From: Actinomycetota bacterium
GTDB taxonomy: Bacteria; Actinomycetota; Geothermincolia; Geothermincolales; RBG-13-55-18
Reading direction: 5' to 3'
Length of the DNA stretch: 64,000 nucleotides
Assembly (NCBI GenBank): GCA_034188985.1
Contig: JAXHVT010000034.1
Coordinates: 19,292-83,291 of the forward strand
Part shown: positions 21,490 through 30,979 of the stretch, one piece after another
Layout: each line of letters starts with the position of its first letter
Numbering within the stretch: position 1 is the first letter of the stretch
Program-made: the position numbers and the translations under genes
The notes under the pieces: model-generated
What the model was told of the DNA's origin: nothing
The model's input: only the letters and a program-made list of their open reading frames with translations
Database searches by the model: none

Positions 21490-22974
21490 TCACAACAGAA
21501 ACGCCGCCGCGTCCAGCAACGACTGGATGAACAGGTATGAAAAAACGCCGAATAAAAGGGTGCCCAGGGACAGGACCCATACCGGCACCAGCATGGAGAC
21601 CGGTGCCTCGGGCCCTCCGCTCTCCCATGCTCCCTCTTCCGGCGGTTGAAAGAACATATAATAGATCACCCTGAAACAATACACCGCCGCCAGGACGGCC
21701 CCCACCAGGAGTATTACCACGTAGAGTTCCCTTCCCGCCTCTATATTACCCACTATGAGGTACCATTTGCTGATAAATCCGGCGGAGGGGGGCAGGCCGA
21801 TAACCGACCAGGCCGCCAGGGCGAAGGCGGCACAGGTAAAGGGCATCTGCTGCCACGCCCCCTTCAGCTGGTCGATACGCCGGTATCCCTTGACGTAGAT
21901 AAAAGCTCCGGCGCATAGGAACAAGCACGCCTTGGCCAGGCCGTGATCGAGCATGTGGTAGACGGCGCCGGTCAATCCCTCCTTGGTAAAGGCGGTTATC
22001 CCCAGGAAGATATACCCTATGTGACTGATGGTGGAATAGGCGATCATCATCTTGAGGTCTTTCTGATAGATGGCCATGATGCCCCCGAAGAGCACCGCCG
22101 CCGCGGCGGCCACGCTTACCGCGTCAACCGTACCCCCGATGATATTCTGCGCCCCGACGGTGAAAACGGAGAAGGTAATGCGCAATATGGCGAAGGCCCC
22201 CACCTCCACCACAAGGCCCGACAGCATAGCGCTTATGGGCGAGGGCGCTATGGAATGCGCGTCCGGCAGCCAGAGGTGCAGCGGGAAGAGCGCCGCCTTT
22301 ACCCCGAAGCCTATCACCAGCAGGATATAGGACACGATGAGCACCTGGGTAAAGCCCGATTGCGATATCAACGTCGCCAGGTCGGCCATATTCAGGCTGC
22401 CGGTGACGGAATAGAGGAAGCCGATGGCCAGCAGCACCATGATGGACGAAGGCGCTCCCATGAGCAGGTACTTGAAGGCGGCTCGCACCGCGTTACGGTT
22501 GCCGGTTATGGCAACCAGGGCGTACGAGGAGATGGCCAGGATCTCCATGAAAACGAACAGGTTGAATATGTCTCCCGTGGCCACGAAGCCCAGCATAGAC
22601 CCCGAGAGTAGCAGAAATAGGCTGTAATAGGCGATGATCCTTCCCCCGGTTACCTCTTTGGAGATATAGCGCCAGGAGAATACCAGGGCTAGCAGGCTTA
22701 TGCCGCATATGACGAGCATGACGAAAAGCGCCAGGAAATCGATGCTTATCTCTATGCCGATGGGCGGCGGCCAGGACCCCATCTGGTAACTCAGATATCC
22801 TTCCACCGGCATCCTGTTCATGAGGAGGATGCCCAGCACGCCGCTTGCCAGCAGGGGTAATGAGGCAGCATAGGGCACGTATCTCCTGCGATAATACCCC
22901 AGTATGGGAAGAAGCACGGCGCCCAACAGGGGCAGCGTGATCATGAAGATCGGGAAGTGCCTGTAGGCGCCCAT
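21490..22974 (-). CDS. MrpD/NuoN-like antiporter subunit.
   Basis: LWLPDAHSIAPSPISAMLSGLVVEVGAFAILR core, ~14 TM, 494 aa. Confidence 0.85.
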   Translation of the reverse strand: MGAYRHFPIFMITLPLLGAVLLPILGYYRRRYVPYAASLPLLASGVLGILLMNRMPVEGYLSYQMGSWPPPIGIEISIDFLALFVMLVICGISLLALVFSWRYISKEVTGGRIIAYYSLFLLLSGSMLGFVATGDIFNLFVFMEILAISSYALVAITGNRNAVRAAFKYLLMGAPSSIMVLLAIGFLYSVTGSLNMADLATLISQSGFTQVLIVSYILLVIGFGVKAALFPLHLWLPDAHSIAPSPISAMLSGLVVEVGAFAILRITFSVFTVGAQNIIGGTVDAVSVAAAAAVLFGGIMAIYQKDLKMMIAYSTISHIGYIFLGITAFTKEGLTGAVYHMLDHGLAKACLFLCAGAFIYVKGYRRIDQLKGAWQQMPFTCAAFALAAWSVIGLPPSAGFISKWYLIVGNIEAGRELYVVILLVGAVLAAVYCFRVIYYMFFQPPEEGAWESGGPEAPVSMLVPVWVLSLGTLLFGVFSYLFIQSLLDAAAFLL

Positions 22975-22975
22975 G

Positions 22976-23383
22976 CTATTCCCCCATCCCTTCCTTCTCC
23001 TGCGGCGTCTCCTCTTCCTCTTCCGCCTCCTCGCGCATCAGGTTGTCCACGTCCAGCGTTCCATACTGGCGATAGAGCAGGATGACCATGGATAAGGCCA
23101 GGGCTGTCACGCTAACCGCCACCACGATCCCTGTGAGGATAAGCGCCTGGGGCAACGGGTTGACCATCTGGGAGGCCTCGACCCCCTCCACGTGGATGGG
23201 AGCAAGTCCCCCTTCCAGGAAACCTATGGATATGAGGAAGAAGAAGACCGAGGTCTCCATGATATTTAGACCTATTATCTTCTTGATGATGTTGCGGCGC
23301 ATTATTACCGTATACAGGCCGATGCAGAAGAGGATCATCGCTCCGATGTAATGATAGTTATGGAAGAGGTTACTGAACGACAA
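22976..23383 (-). CDS. MrpC/NuoK-like subunit.
   Basis: A 3-TM small subunit with the MrpC pattern (IGLYTVIMRRNIIKKIIGLNIMETSVFFFLI) and an acidic tail. Confidence 0.75.
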   Translation of the reverse strand: MSFSNLFHNYHYIGAMILFCIGLYTVIMRRNIIKKIIGLNIMETSVFFFLISIGFLEGGLAPIHVEGVEASQMVNPLPQALILTGIVVAVSVTALALSMVILLYRQYGTLDVDNLMREEAEEEEETPQEKEGMGE

Positions 23384-24116
23384 TCTCTTCCTCCTCCCTG
23401 ATCATACTAAACAGTATGGAGGTGAAGATCATCGCTCCGCCAACCCCTATGCCTATCTCCACGATAACCGTCAGCCAGGTGACAAGAGCCGGTTGCAGAG
23501 ATTCCGTCACGCGGGGCATGAGAAAGGTGAGAAAGCTGCCTCCTCCTATCAATCCGGCCACGCCTACCACGAAGAAGGCCATCACCGCCGTGCCTTCAAG
23601 TGGTATGCGCAGTTTTTGGGGGATACTCTTCGAGGCCTCCCAGAGGCCGAATATGGTTGTGAAAATGATCATGCTGGCCCCGATTACGGCACCACCCTGA
23701 AATCCTCCTCCCGGCGCCAGCTCGCCGTGAAGGATGGTGTATACGGAAAACATGATTATAAAGGGCACCAGAAAGATCAGGAAGGTGCGCACGATGGGGC
23801 TAGAGCGTACCTTGGAATGGTCTGTATAAGCGTAGATACGCCCCTTTTTCTCCCTCCCCAGGACCGCCAGCACACCAGCAAGAGCGCAGAAGATGACCGT
23901 CACCTCACCCATGGTGTCATATCCCCTGTAGTTGATTATCACGCTGGTAACCGCGTTCTCCGATCCGGTCTCCTCCACCCCACGTTCCAGGTAATGGGGG
24001 GAGACGTGGCTGGCGGTGGGGTTCTGGGGGTCACCCATGGAGGGCATGTTGCCCACCACGTAGAGGAGAAGCACCGCTAGCCCCAGGATGAATACCAGGG
24101 ATAAGGCGCGTTTCAC
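23370..24116 (-). CDS. MrpB-like subunit (C-terminal MnhB domain, MbhE/F-like).
   Basis: The proposed GTG start at 24116 overlaps the stop of the previous ORF as GTGA. Polytopic, with the MnhB-domain pattern GGFQGGAVIGASMIIF. Confidence 0.65.
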   Translation of the reverse strand: MKRALSLVFILGLAVLLLYVVGNMPSMGDPQNPTASHVSPHYLERGVEETGSENAVTSVIINYRGYDTMGEVTVIFCALAGVLAVLGREKKGRIYAYTDHSKVRSSPIVRTFLIFLVPFIIMFSVYTILHGELAPGGGFQGGAVIGASMIIFTTIFGLWEASKSIPQKLRIPLEGTAVMAFFVVGVAGLIGGGSFLTFLMPRVTESLQPALVTWLTVIVEIGIGVGGAMIFTSILFSMIREEEEIVVQ

Positions 24117-24364
24117 TCCTCCTCCCTCCTCCACGTCTTGAAGATGGTCACTATAAACAGCACGGCGGTTATCCCGGCTCCCACGGCCGCCTCGGTAAGG
24201 GCCAGGTCGGGGGCCTGGAGGCGTTGCCACATCAGGGCCATGATCAAGCTGTAGACGGAGAATATGATCACCGCCGCCAGCAGGTCCTTGGAGAAAGTGG
24301 CCAGAAGGGCGGTTACCACCAGCAGGACTATAAGGGTGATGTTAAGCGCTGTGCTCATCCCCAC
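24113..24364 (-). CDS. MrpB N-terminal (DUF4040) fragment-like subunit (MbhD-like).
   Basis: An 83-aa 3-TM protein matching the DUF4040 part of MrpB, which is split off as in Mbh-type clusters. Confidence 0.6.
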   Translation of the reverse strand: MGMSTALNITLIVLLVVTALLATFSKDLLAAVIIFSVYSLIMALMWQRLQAPDLALTEAAVGAGITAVLFIVTIFKTWRREEE

Positions 24365-24671
24365 CCCCCGTATTCTCTTTTCGCCAGGGTCTTATACCCC
24401 GCTTCAGGGCGGAGCGGCCGATGGAGTGGCCCACGGTCGCGCTCGAGAAAAGCAGGAAAAAGATTATCAGCAGGAGCTTGAGGGTATTGAAGGTGAAACC
24501 GCTGTATACGGCCATCCCCAACATCACCGAACAGGCCCCCAGGGTATCGCACTTGGTGGCGGGGTGGAGACGGGAGTAGAGGTCGGGCATGCGCAGCAGA
24601 CCCGTAGTGCCTATGATAAAGAACACGGTACCTATGCAGATAAACACCCCGGCTACGATATCCTGGGCCAT
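24342..24671 (-). CDS. MrpG/MnhG-like subunit.
   Basis: IGTTGLLRMPDLYSRLHPATKCDTLGA is the MnhG signature. Confidence 0.8.
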   Translation of the reverse strand: MAQDIVAGVFICIGTVFFIIGTTGLLRMPDLYSRLHPATKCDTLGACSVMLGMAVYSGFTFNTLKLLLIIFFLLFSSATVGHSIGRSALKRGIRPWRKENTGGGDEHSA

Positions 24672-24944
24672 TTAATCCAACTCCCTCCACCCCTCCGTCT
24701 CCAGGTAGCGCGAGACGGCCAGGATTACGATGAACAGCAGCAAGGCGTAGACTATGGCCACGTCCAGATAGAAACTCTCGCCGTAGATGAAGGTGACCAG
24801 AACCACCACCACTAGGGTCTTGGTCCCGACTATGTTGATACCAAGCAGCCGGTCCTGTATGGTGGGCCCCACCGCTGCCCGGTAGAGGCAGAGCAAGGCG
24901 TTGATAGCTATGACCAGCGCGACAGCCGTGAATAAGTTACCCAT
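24672..24944 (-). CDS. MrpF/MnhF-like subunit.
   Basis: 90 aa, 3 TM, with LYRAAVGPTIQDRLLGINIVGTKTLVVV typical of MnhF. Confidence 0.75.
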   Translation of the reverse strand: MGNLFTAVALVIAINALLCLYRAAVGPTIQDRLLGINIVGTKTLVVVVLVTFIYGESFYLDVAIVYALLLFIVILAVSRYLETEGWRELD

Positions 24945-25443
24945 CCTCGCTCACCCCGAAAAGCCAGGCCACCATACGCTCCAGCCTTCCATCCCGCAGC
25001 CCCTCCTCGTGATGGGCGACGAGACAGTGCACGTACAGCCTGTCCTCCTCCAACTCCAGGGTAACCGTTCCGGGAGTCAGGGTTATGGAATCGGCAAAGA
25101 CGGTGCGCGGCAGGTCGTCGGGCAGGTAGGTCCGGTACTCCACGATACGGGGGTCTATGGGCAGCCTGGGGTTTACGATAATCAGGGCCACGTCGATATT
25201 GGCCTTGATTATCTCCAGGACCAGGGCCAAGGCGAAAAAAGGAAAACGCAGGATAACCAGGGGCGTTATACGGGGATCAAGGGTATGGGCCAGTATGGTG
25301 AAGGAGATGGTGGCCACCAGGGCGGAACATATCGCCCCCAGCACCAGGTCATAAGCGGCAAGGGTAGCGGTCAATACGATCCAGAAAAGGAAAAGCAGCA
25401 GCGATAACAGGACTTTTCGTCGCAAGATATAACCCTGTGCCAA
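24937..25443 (-). CDS. MrpE/MnhE-like subunit.
   Basis: A 168-aa 2-TM N-terminus followed by the MnhE-like soluble domain (ITLTPGTVTLELEEDRLYVHCL). Confidence 0.75.
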   Translation of the reverse strand: MAQGYILRRKVLLSLLLFLFWIVLTATLAAYDLVLGAICSALVATISFTILAHTLDPRITPLVILRFPFFALALVLEIIKANIDVALIIVNPRLPIDPRIVEYRTYLPDDLPRTVFADSITLTPGTVTLELEEDRLYVHCLVAHHEEGLRDGRLERMVAWLFGVSEDG

Positions 25444-25683
25444 TTACGATTCTCCCGGGTAAGTGTTATATACCTAACGTGAAATCCTATATGACAGCTA
25501 AATCTCTGCCATCTTAATTACAGCCAAATATTCGCCATTTTATCACAGCGTTAAAAAGCCTGACAATCTATCCATCCTTATCCTGCTCAAGAGAAGTGGT
25601 CAGGGGCTTTGCCGGCCGTTTCCCGGCCCGCCCACGACCGCGAGTCGGATTCCAGAGCCGTCTCGCATTCCCGGCCGTGGGCT
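25444..25683. promoter_or_regulatory. AT-rich promoter region of the Mrp-like operon.
   Basis: A 240-bp non-coding region whose first ~130 bp (25444-25575) are strongly AT-enriched (e.g. ccatcttaattacagccaaatattcgccattttatcacagcgttaaaaag), immediately upstream of the mrpE-like start on the minus strand. The last ~100 bp revert to background GC. Confidence 0.4.
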
Positions 25684-26319
25684 TCACGAGGTGAGCTGCC
25701 TGTCCCCGCGCCACCTGTTTACCAGGTATACTATCGCGGCGATGGTCAGGAGCAGCCCCAGCAGCCCCCAGCCGAAGTAGCCGACGAAATCGTCTATGGC
25801 CTCCCAGTGTTCCCCGAACAGGTACCCCACGGAGACCATGATCCCGGTCCATATGAAGATACCCGGGATATCGTAGGAGATATACCTTTTATAGGACATA
25901 CTCCCTATCCCCGCCGCTAAGGGAATGAAGGCGTCGACGCCGGACATCAAGCGGCCAAAGAGAACGGTGGCCCCTCCATAGCGGGAAAAGTATCTCTCGG
26001 TCTTTTTGAGACCCCGCTTGAGATTTATGTGGTGCCCGTAGCGCTCCAGAAGCCAGTCGCCCCCCTTGAGGCTCATGAGGTATCCCAGGTTGTCCCCCAG
26101 GAAGGCGCCCACGACAGCCACGGCAGCCACCAGGAAGATGTTCAACTCTCCCAGCGCAGCGTAGAAGCTCCCCAGGAGAAGAACGGTGGTTCCCGGGGCA
26201 ATCCATCCAGTCAGAAAGATGCTCTCCAGAAAGACCCCCCCGAAGACCAGTAGGTAGCCCCAGGAGGAAAACAGCGGCAAGAAGTACTCGACTATCCTGT
26301 CTGCCACGGAAGCCAACAT
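25684..26319 (-). CDS. DedA/SNARE-associated (VTT domain) membrane protein.
   Basis: GYLLVFGGVFLESIFLTGWIAPGTTVLLLGSF...GDNLGYLMS...YGGATVLFGRL is the DedA family signature. The start is probably MLASVADR. Confidence 0.75.
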   Translation of the reverse strand: MLASVADRIVEYFLPLFSSWGYLLVFGGVFLESIFLTGWIAPGTTVLLLGSFYAALGELNIFLVAAVAVVGAFLGDNLGYLMSLKGGDWLLERYGHHINLKRGLKKTERYFSRYGGATVLFGRLMSGVDAFIPLAAGIGSMSYKRYISYDIPGIFIWTGIMVSVGYLFGEHWEAIDDFVGYFGWGLLGLLLTIAAIVYLVNRWRGDRQLTS

Positions 26320-26567
26320 ACGGGCTATACTCCCTCGTGCGCGGCCGACCCCGGTGATGCACATCCGCCATGCACGCGGAGCGATCGATCTGCTATCCCG
26401 CCTTCATCGTCATGCGTAGATCACCTCGACCGCCCACGCCCAACCGCGAAGGACCTCGTGGAGTCAACCGGATATCCCGAAAATCCCCTGGATTCGCAAG
26501 GGGAGAGATATGATCTCTCCCCGTTTATCATCACCTCCCGCCGTACGCGGGACAGTCTCACTCGATA

Positions 26568-28079
26568 TCAAGCCTTGTCCTCGATGAGGTCCTTCAGGAT
26601 CTGCCCGGAGGGGTCCTTTTTGAAGGATCGGACGAACACGATGAACTTAGGTGTCTTGTAATAGGGCAACCTTTCCTCGCAGTACTCCAGCACCTGCTCC
26701 TCGGTCAGCTTGGAACCGGGCTTCATCTTAACATGGGCCTTGACTTCCTCTCCCAGGTATTTATTGGGAATGCCCACCACCGCCGCCTCCGATATCAGGG
26801 GATGGGAGGTGAGCACCTCCTCGATCTCCCTGGGGTAAATATTGAAGCCGCCGCGTATGATGAGATCCTTCTTGCGCCCCACTATGAACAGGTAGCCATC
26901 TTCGTCTATATAAACCATGTCTCCGGTGTAGAGCCAGCCGTCCTTCAGGACCTTGTCCGTTTCCTTGCTGTTGTTGTAATAACCCTTCATGACGTTAGGA
27001 CCGCGAATTATCAGCTCTCCGACCTCTCCCGTATCCAGTTCCTTTCCCTCTTCGTCCACCACCTTCACCTCCATATCCCTGGGAGGTATCCCGATGGAGC
27101 CCACCTTGTAATGGCTGGTGAGGGGCTGCATGGTAACCACGGGTGCGGCCTCGGTAAGGCCGTAGCCCTCGTAGATGCTCGCGCCCAACTCGTTATTCCA
27201 GCGGTCCATGATCTCCCGCGAGGAGGGGGCACCCCCGCAGATCCACAGCCTGACCGAACCAAGATCATACTGATAGATAAGGGGGTGGTTGAGAATATAT
27301 ACGTACATGGTGGGAACGCCGAAGAACACCGTAACCTGCTCGTGCTGCAGTGACTTAAGCACCTCGCCCGGTATAAAGGATTCGTGCAGCACGACGCTGC
27401 TTCCGGCCTTAATCGATGTGTTCATCACGCAGGTCTGTCCATAGGAGGCGAAGAAGGGAAGCACGCCCATGACCACGTCCTCATCGATGAGATCGCACTG
27501 CCCGGTCACGGTCTCGGCGTTCCAGTCCAGGTTCTTGTGGGTGAGCATACATCCCCGAACGACCTCGGCGGACGTCGGCGCGTAAAGTATGGCGGCCACG
27601 TCGTCCTCTTCGCAATCCACGGCCTGGAACTCGGCCGACTGCCCCTCGACGAGTTTCTCGTATTGAATGACCCCCTCCAGCTCCGGCGCCTCGCTGACGA
27701 TGATGCGGGAGAGCTGAGCACCGCAAGATCCTTGAAGCTCCCTGACCAGGTCATCGAACTCGAAATTCGTGATCAAGGTCTCCACCATGGAATCGCAGAC
27801 GATCTTGTCGACCTCCTCGGCCAGGCACATGTAGCACAGGGGAACCACGGTGGCGCCGAGGGAGAGCGTGGCGTAGTACGATATCACGAACTCGGGAACG
27901 TTCCTCAAGAGGATGGCCACCTTGGAACTATTATCCACCCCCATACCACGCAGGGCGTTGGCCAGCCTGTTTGTACGGGCTAGGAGTTCACCGTAGGATA
28001 TGGTTTCGTGCCCGAAATGCAAGGCCGTAGCGTCGGGGTTTCTCTCCGTGGTTTTTGCGAGGTTATGGTACAGATTCAT
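26568..28079 (-). CDS. ANL-superfamily adenylate-forming enzyme (acyl-CoA synthetase-like) with a degenerate phosphate-binding loop.
   Basis: The A5 (EGYGLTE), A7 (YTGD), A8 (GRKKDLIIRGGFNIYPREIE) and A10 (PSGQILK) motifs are present. Where the T[SG]GTTGxPKG loop is expected, the sequence reads ILYAPTSAEVVRGCMLTHKNL. Confidence 0.7.
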   Translation of the reverse strand: MNLYHNLAKTTERNPDATALHFGHETISYGELLARTNRLANALRGMGVDNSSKVAILLRNVPEFVISYYATLSLGATVVPLCYMCLAEEVDKIVCDSMVETLITNFEFDDLVRELQGSCGAQLSRIIVSEAPELEGVIQYEKLVEGQSAEFQAVDCEEDDVAAILYAPTSAEVVRGCMLTHKNLDWNAETVTGQCDLIDEDVVMGVLPFFASYGQTCVMNTSIKAGSSVVLHESFIPGEVLKSLQHEQVTVFFGVPTMYVYILNHPLIYQYDLGSVRLWICGGAPSSREIMDRWNNELGASIYEGYGLTEAAPVVTMQPLTSHYKVGSIGIPPRDMEVKVVDEEGKELDTGEVGELIIRGPNVMKGYYNNSKETDKVLKDGWLYTGDMVYIDEDGYLFIVGRKKDLIIRGGFNIYPREIEEVLTSHPLISEAAVVGIPNKYLGEEVKAHVKMKPGSKLTEEQVLEYCEERLPYYKTPKFIVFVRSFKKDPSGQILKDLIEDKA

Positions 28080-28236
28080 ATAACATCTCTCCCGTTTTAC
28101 GCTTTTTTCTTTCCCTCATCAAACCTTATCCTTACGACTGTTATACTCCTGCCAACCGATTAACCCGTTCTATTCTACCATCGAAACAAGCGCCGGTCAG
28201 CAGAATATCGACTTTTTAGATTACCGTTTACCCTAA

Positions 28237-30972
28237 TCAGGTCGTGCTTGTGCTGTATTCGAGTTCCTCCATGGACTCGCCGGTTACCATACGAACCGCG
28301 GCTACTTTGTACTCCGGTATCTTGGCCACCGGATCCAACGCCGGGTTAGTGAGAGCGTTGGCGGGAGATTCGCCGAAATGAAAGGGTATAAAAACCATTC
28401 CCGGCGGGACTTTTCGGGTCACTTTCGCCCGCAGCCGGATGGCTCCTCGGCGCGACTCCACGGCTACGTTCTCACCGTCCTCGGCTCCCAGTTCATCCGC
28501 GTCCGCCGGGTTTATCCACACGTGGTTCTCGTGCACCAGCTCATCCAGGGGCTTCACCCTCCGCGTCATGGTCCCGGTGTGGAAATGCATAAGCAGCCTC
28601 CCCGTGGTGAGCAGCAGCGGATACTCCTCGTCGGGTTCCTCGGCCGGAGGCCTGTACTCCACCGAGCTGAACTTGCCCTTACCCCTGGCGCATCCGTCCA
28701 CGTGCAATATGGGAGTTCCCGGATGATCGGGGTTGAGGCACGGCCAGCGCAGTTCGCCCTCCTCCTCCAGGCGGTCGTAGGACACACCCCCATAGGATGG
28801 GGTGAGGGAAGCGATCTCGCGCATTACTGCAGCGGCGGAGATATCTCCCATATCGTAGCCTAGATGGTTCGCGACCTGGGAGATGATCCAGGAGTCCTCC
28901 TTGGCCTCCCCGGGCGGCTGCACCGCCTTGCGCACCCTCTGGATCCTGCGGTCGGTGTTGGTGAAGGTGCCGTCCTTCTCGGCGAATGAGGAGGCCGGTA
29001 GGACCACATCGGCTAAGCACGCCGTCTCGGTTAGGAATATATCCTGCACCACTAGGAATTTCGCTCTCTCCAGCGACTCCTTGAGATGATTGATGTCTGG
29101 GTCGGAGATGGCCGGATTCTCCCCCATGATATACAGGAAATCCAGGTCTCGAGAGTAGGTGGCATCCATTATCTCCATCAGGGTCAGACCCGGATTGCCG
29201 GGTAGATAATCGACGTTCCAGGCCTTCTCGAACTTCTCCCTTACCTCCTCGTCCTGCACCCTCTGGTAGCCGGGGAAGACGTTGGGCAGGGCGGCCATGT
29301 CGCAGGCTCCCTGCACGTTGTTCTGGCCTCTCAACGGATTCACGCCGGTTCCCTCCCTGCCCAGGTTTCCCGTGAGCATGGCCAGGTTGGCCAGGGACAG
29401 GACGTTGTCCACGCCGGTGGTATGCTGAGTTATACCCATGGCGTAGACTATGGCCGCCGACTCCGCCCCCACGTAGATACGGGCAGCATGGCGGATGTCC
29501 TCGGCGTCAACACCGCATATCTCCGCGGACCTCTCTGGCGTGTATTTCTCTATCAACTTGCGGAAATCCTCGAATCCCTCGGTGCGCTCTCTTATGAAAT
29601 CCTCGTCCGCCAGTCCCTCGGAGAGGATGACGTTCATCATGCCGTTCAAGAGGGCCACGTCGCTGCCCGGACGGTGACGAAGCCATTGTTCGGCATAATA
29701 ACAGAGGCGAATATGTCTGGGCTCGGCCACTATGAGCTTGCAGTCGTTCTTCATCACCGCTTTTTTGATGCGCAGGCCTACGATGGGATGACCCTCCGTG
29801 GTGTTTGAGCCTATCACCAGGATGCATCCGGCCTTCTCCAGGTCATCGAGGGAGTTGGTCATGGCCCCACTCCCGAAAGCTGCCGCCAGACCGGCGACCG
29901 TGGAGCTGTGTCATAATCGGGCGCAGTGGTCGATATTGTTGGTGCCGACCACCGCGCGGGCCAGTTTCTGCATGAGGTAGTTCTCCTCGTTGGTACACCT
30001 GGCCGAACTCAAGAAAGCCGTGTTTTGTGGGCCCTTGTCGTCCAACGCCTCGCGGATGCGGCTGGCTACCATGCCCAGGGCCTCCTCCCAGGTGGTTTCG
30101 ACCAGCTCTCCATTCCTCCTGACCAGGGGAGCCGTAAGGCGTTCCTCATGATCGACGAAGGCGTACCCATAACGGCCTTTTACGCAGGTGTTGCCCTGGC
30201 CCGGTCCTACCATCACCGGTGAGGATACCTCTACTATCCTGCCCTCACGCACGTGCAGGTCGAGCTGGCAGCCGCAGCCGCAGTAGGGACAGGTTGTCCT
30301 GACCTTCTCCACCTGCCAGGACCTGCCCTTTCCCTTGGATGGGATGGAGATTATGGCACCGGTTGGACAGGTGGAGACGCACTGGCCACAGAACTCGCAG
30401 GGCGTCTCGGTCATGGGCTTTTCGTAGGGGGTACCGGGAACCGCATCGAAGCCGCGGTTTATGAAATCGTACACACCCACTCCCTGCACCTCGCGGCATA
30501 TCCGTATGCAGCGTCCGCACAAGACACATTTGTCGTAATCCCGCTCTATGAGGGGGTTGGCGTTGAGCACGCCGTAATGGTGCTGTTCGCCCTGGAAACT
30601 TACCTCCTTGACGCCGTACTCATAGGCCAGGTCCTGTAGCTCGCAGTTCCCCGCGCTCTCGCAGGTCATGCAGTCCAGGGGATGGTCGGAGAGCAGCAGC
30701 TCGATTACCGTGCGCCTTATCCTCCTCAACTTCTCGGTGTCCGTTCTCACCTCCATCCCGTCCGTGACCCTGGTATAGCAGGCGGGAAGCAATCCTCTCG
30801 CGCCCTCCACCTCGACCAGGCACACCCGGCAGGCGCCGTACGGCTCCATGCGCTCCTCGTAGCACAACCTGGGGATGTAGATACCGTTGGCGGTAGCGGC
30901 CTCCAGTATGGTGGCATCGGAGGTGGTCACGATCTCATTGCCGTCTATGGTTAAGCGTATCTCATCCATCAT
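28237..30972 (-). CDS. fdhA: Selenocysteine-containing formate dehydrogenase catalytic subunit FdhA (NuoG-like N-terminus plus Mo-bisPGD domain), one read-through ORF across UGA.
   Basis: ORFs 29911..30972 and 28237..29862 are in the same frame and separated only by TGA at 29911-29913. Hand translation across it gives [31 protein letters not shown], the canonical Sec-Fdh active-site context HCARLUH..VAGL. The N-terminus has 2Fe-2S and 4Fe-4S ferredoxin motifs (CYEERMEPYGACRVC; CESAGNCELQ; CVLCGRCIRIC; CEFCGQCVSTCP). Confidence 0.85.
29860..29913 (-). other. UGA-Sec codon plus candidate bacterial SECIS hairpin.
   Basis: The mRNA reads UGA CAC AGC UCC ACG GUC GCC GGU CUG GCG GCA GCU UUC GGG AGU GGG. 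A GCCG/CGGC stem with a GGUCUG-containing loop starts ~15 nt after the UGA. It is flanked by an outer CUCC/GGAG pairing and resembles the apical region of the E. coli fdhF SECIS. Confidence 0.5.
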
Positions 30973-30979
30973 GACCTCC

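Noticed and set aside
29862-29911. Apparent 50-bp gap or pseudogene break between two formate dehydrogenase ORFs.
   Set aside because: It is not a break. The frames are identical and the separating codon is TGA in the canonical Sec context. It is treated as selenocysteine read-through (see the fdhA feature).
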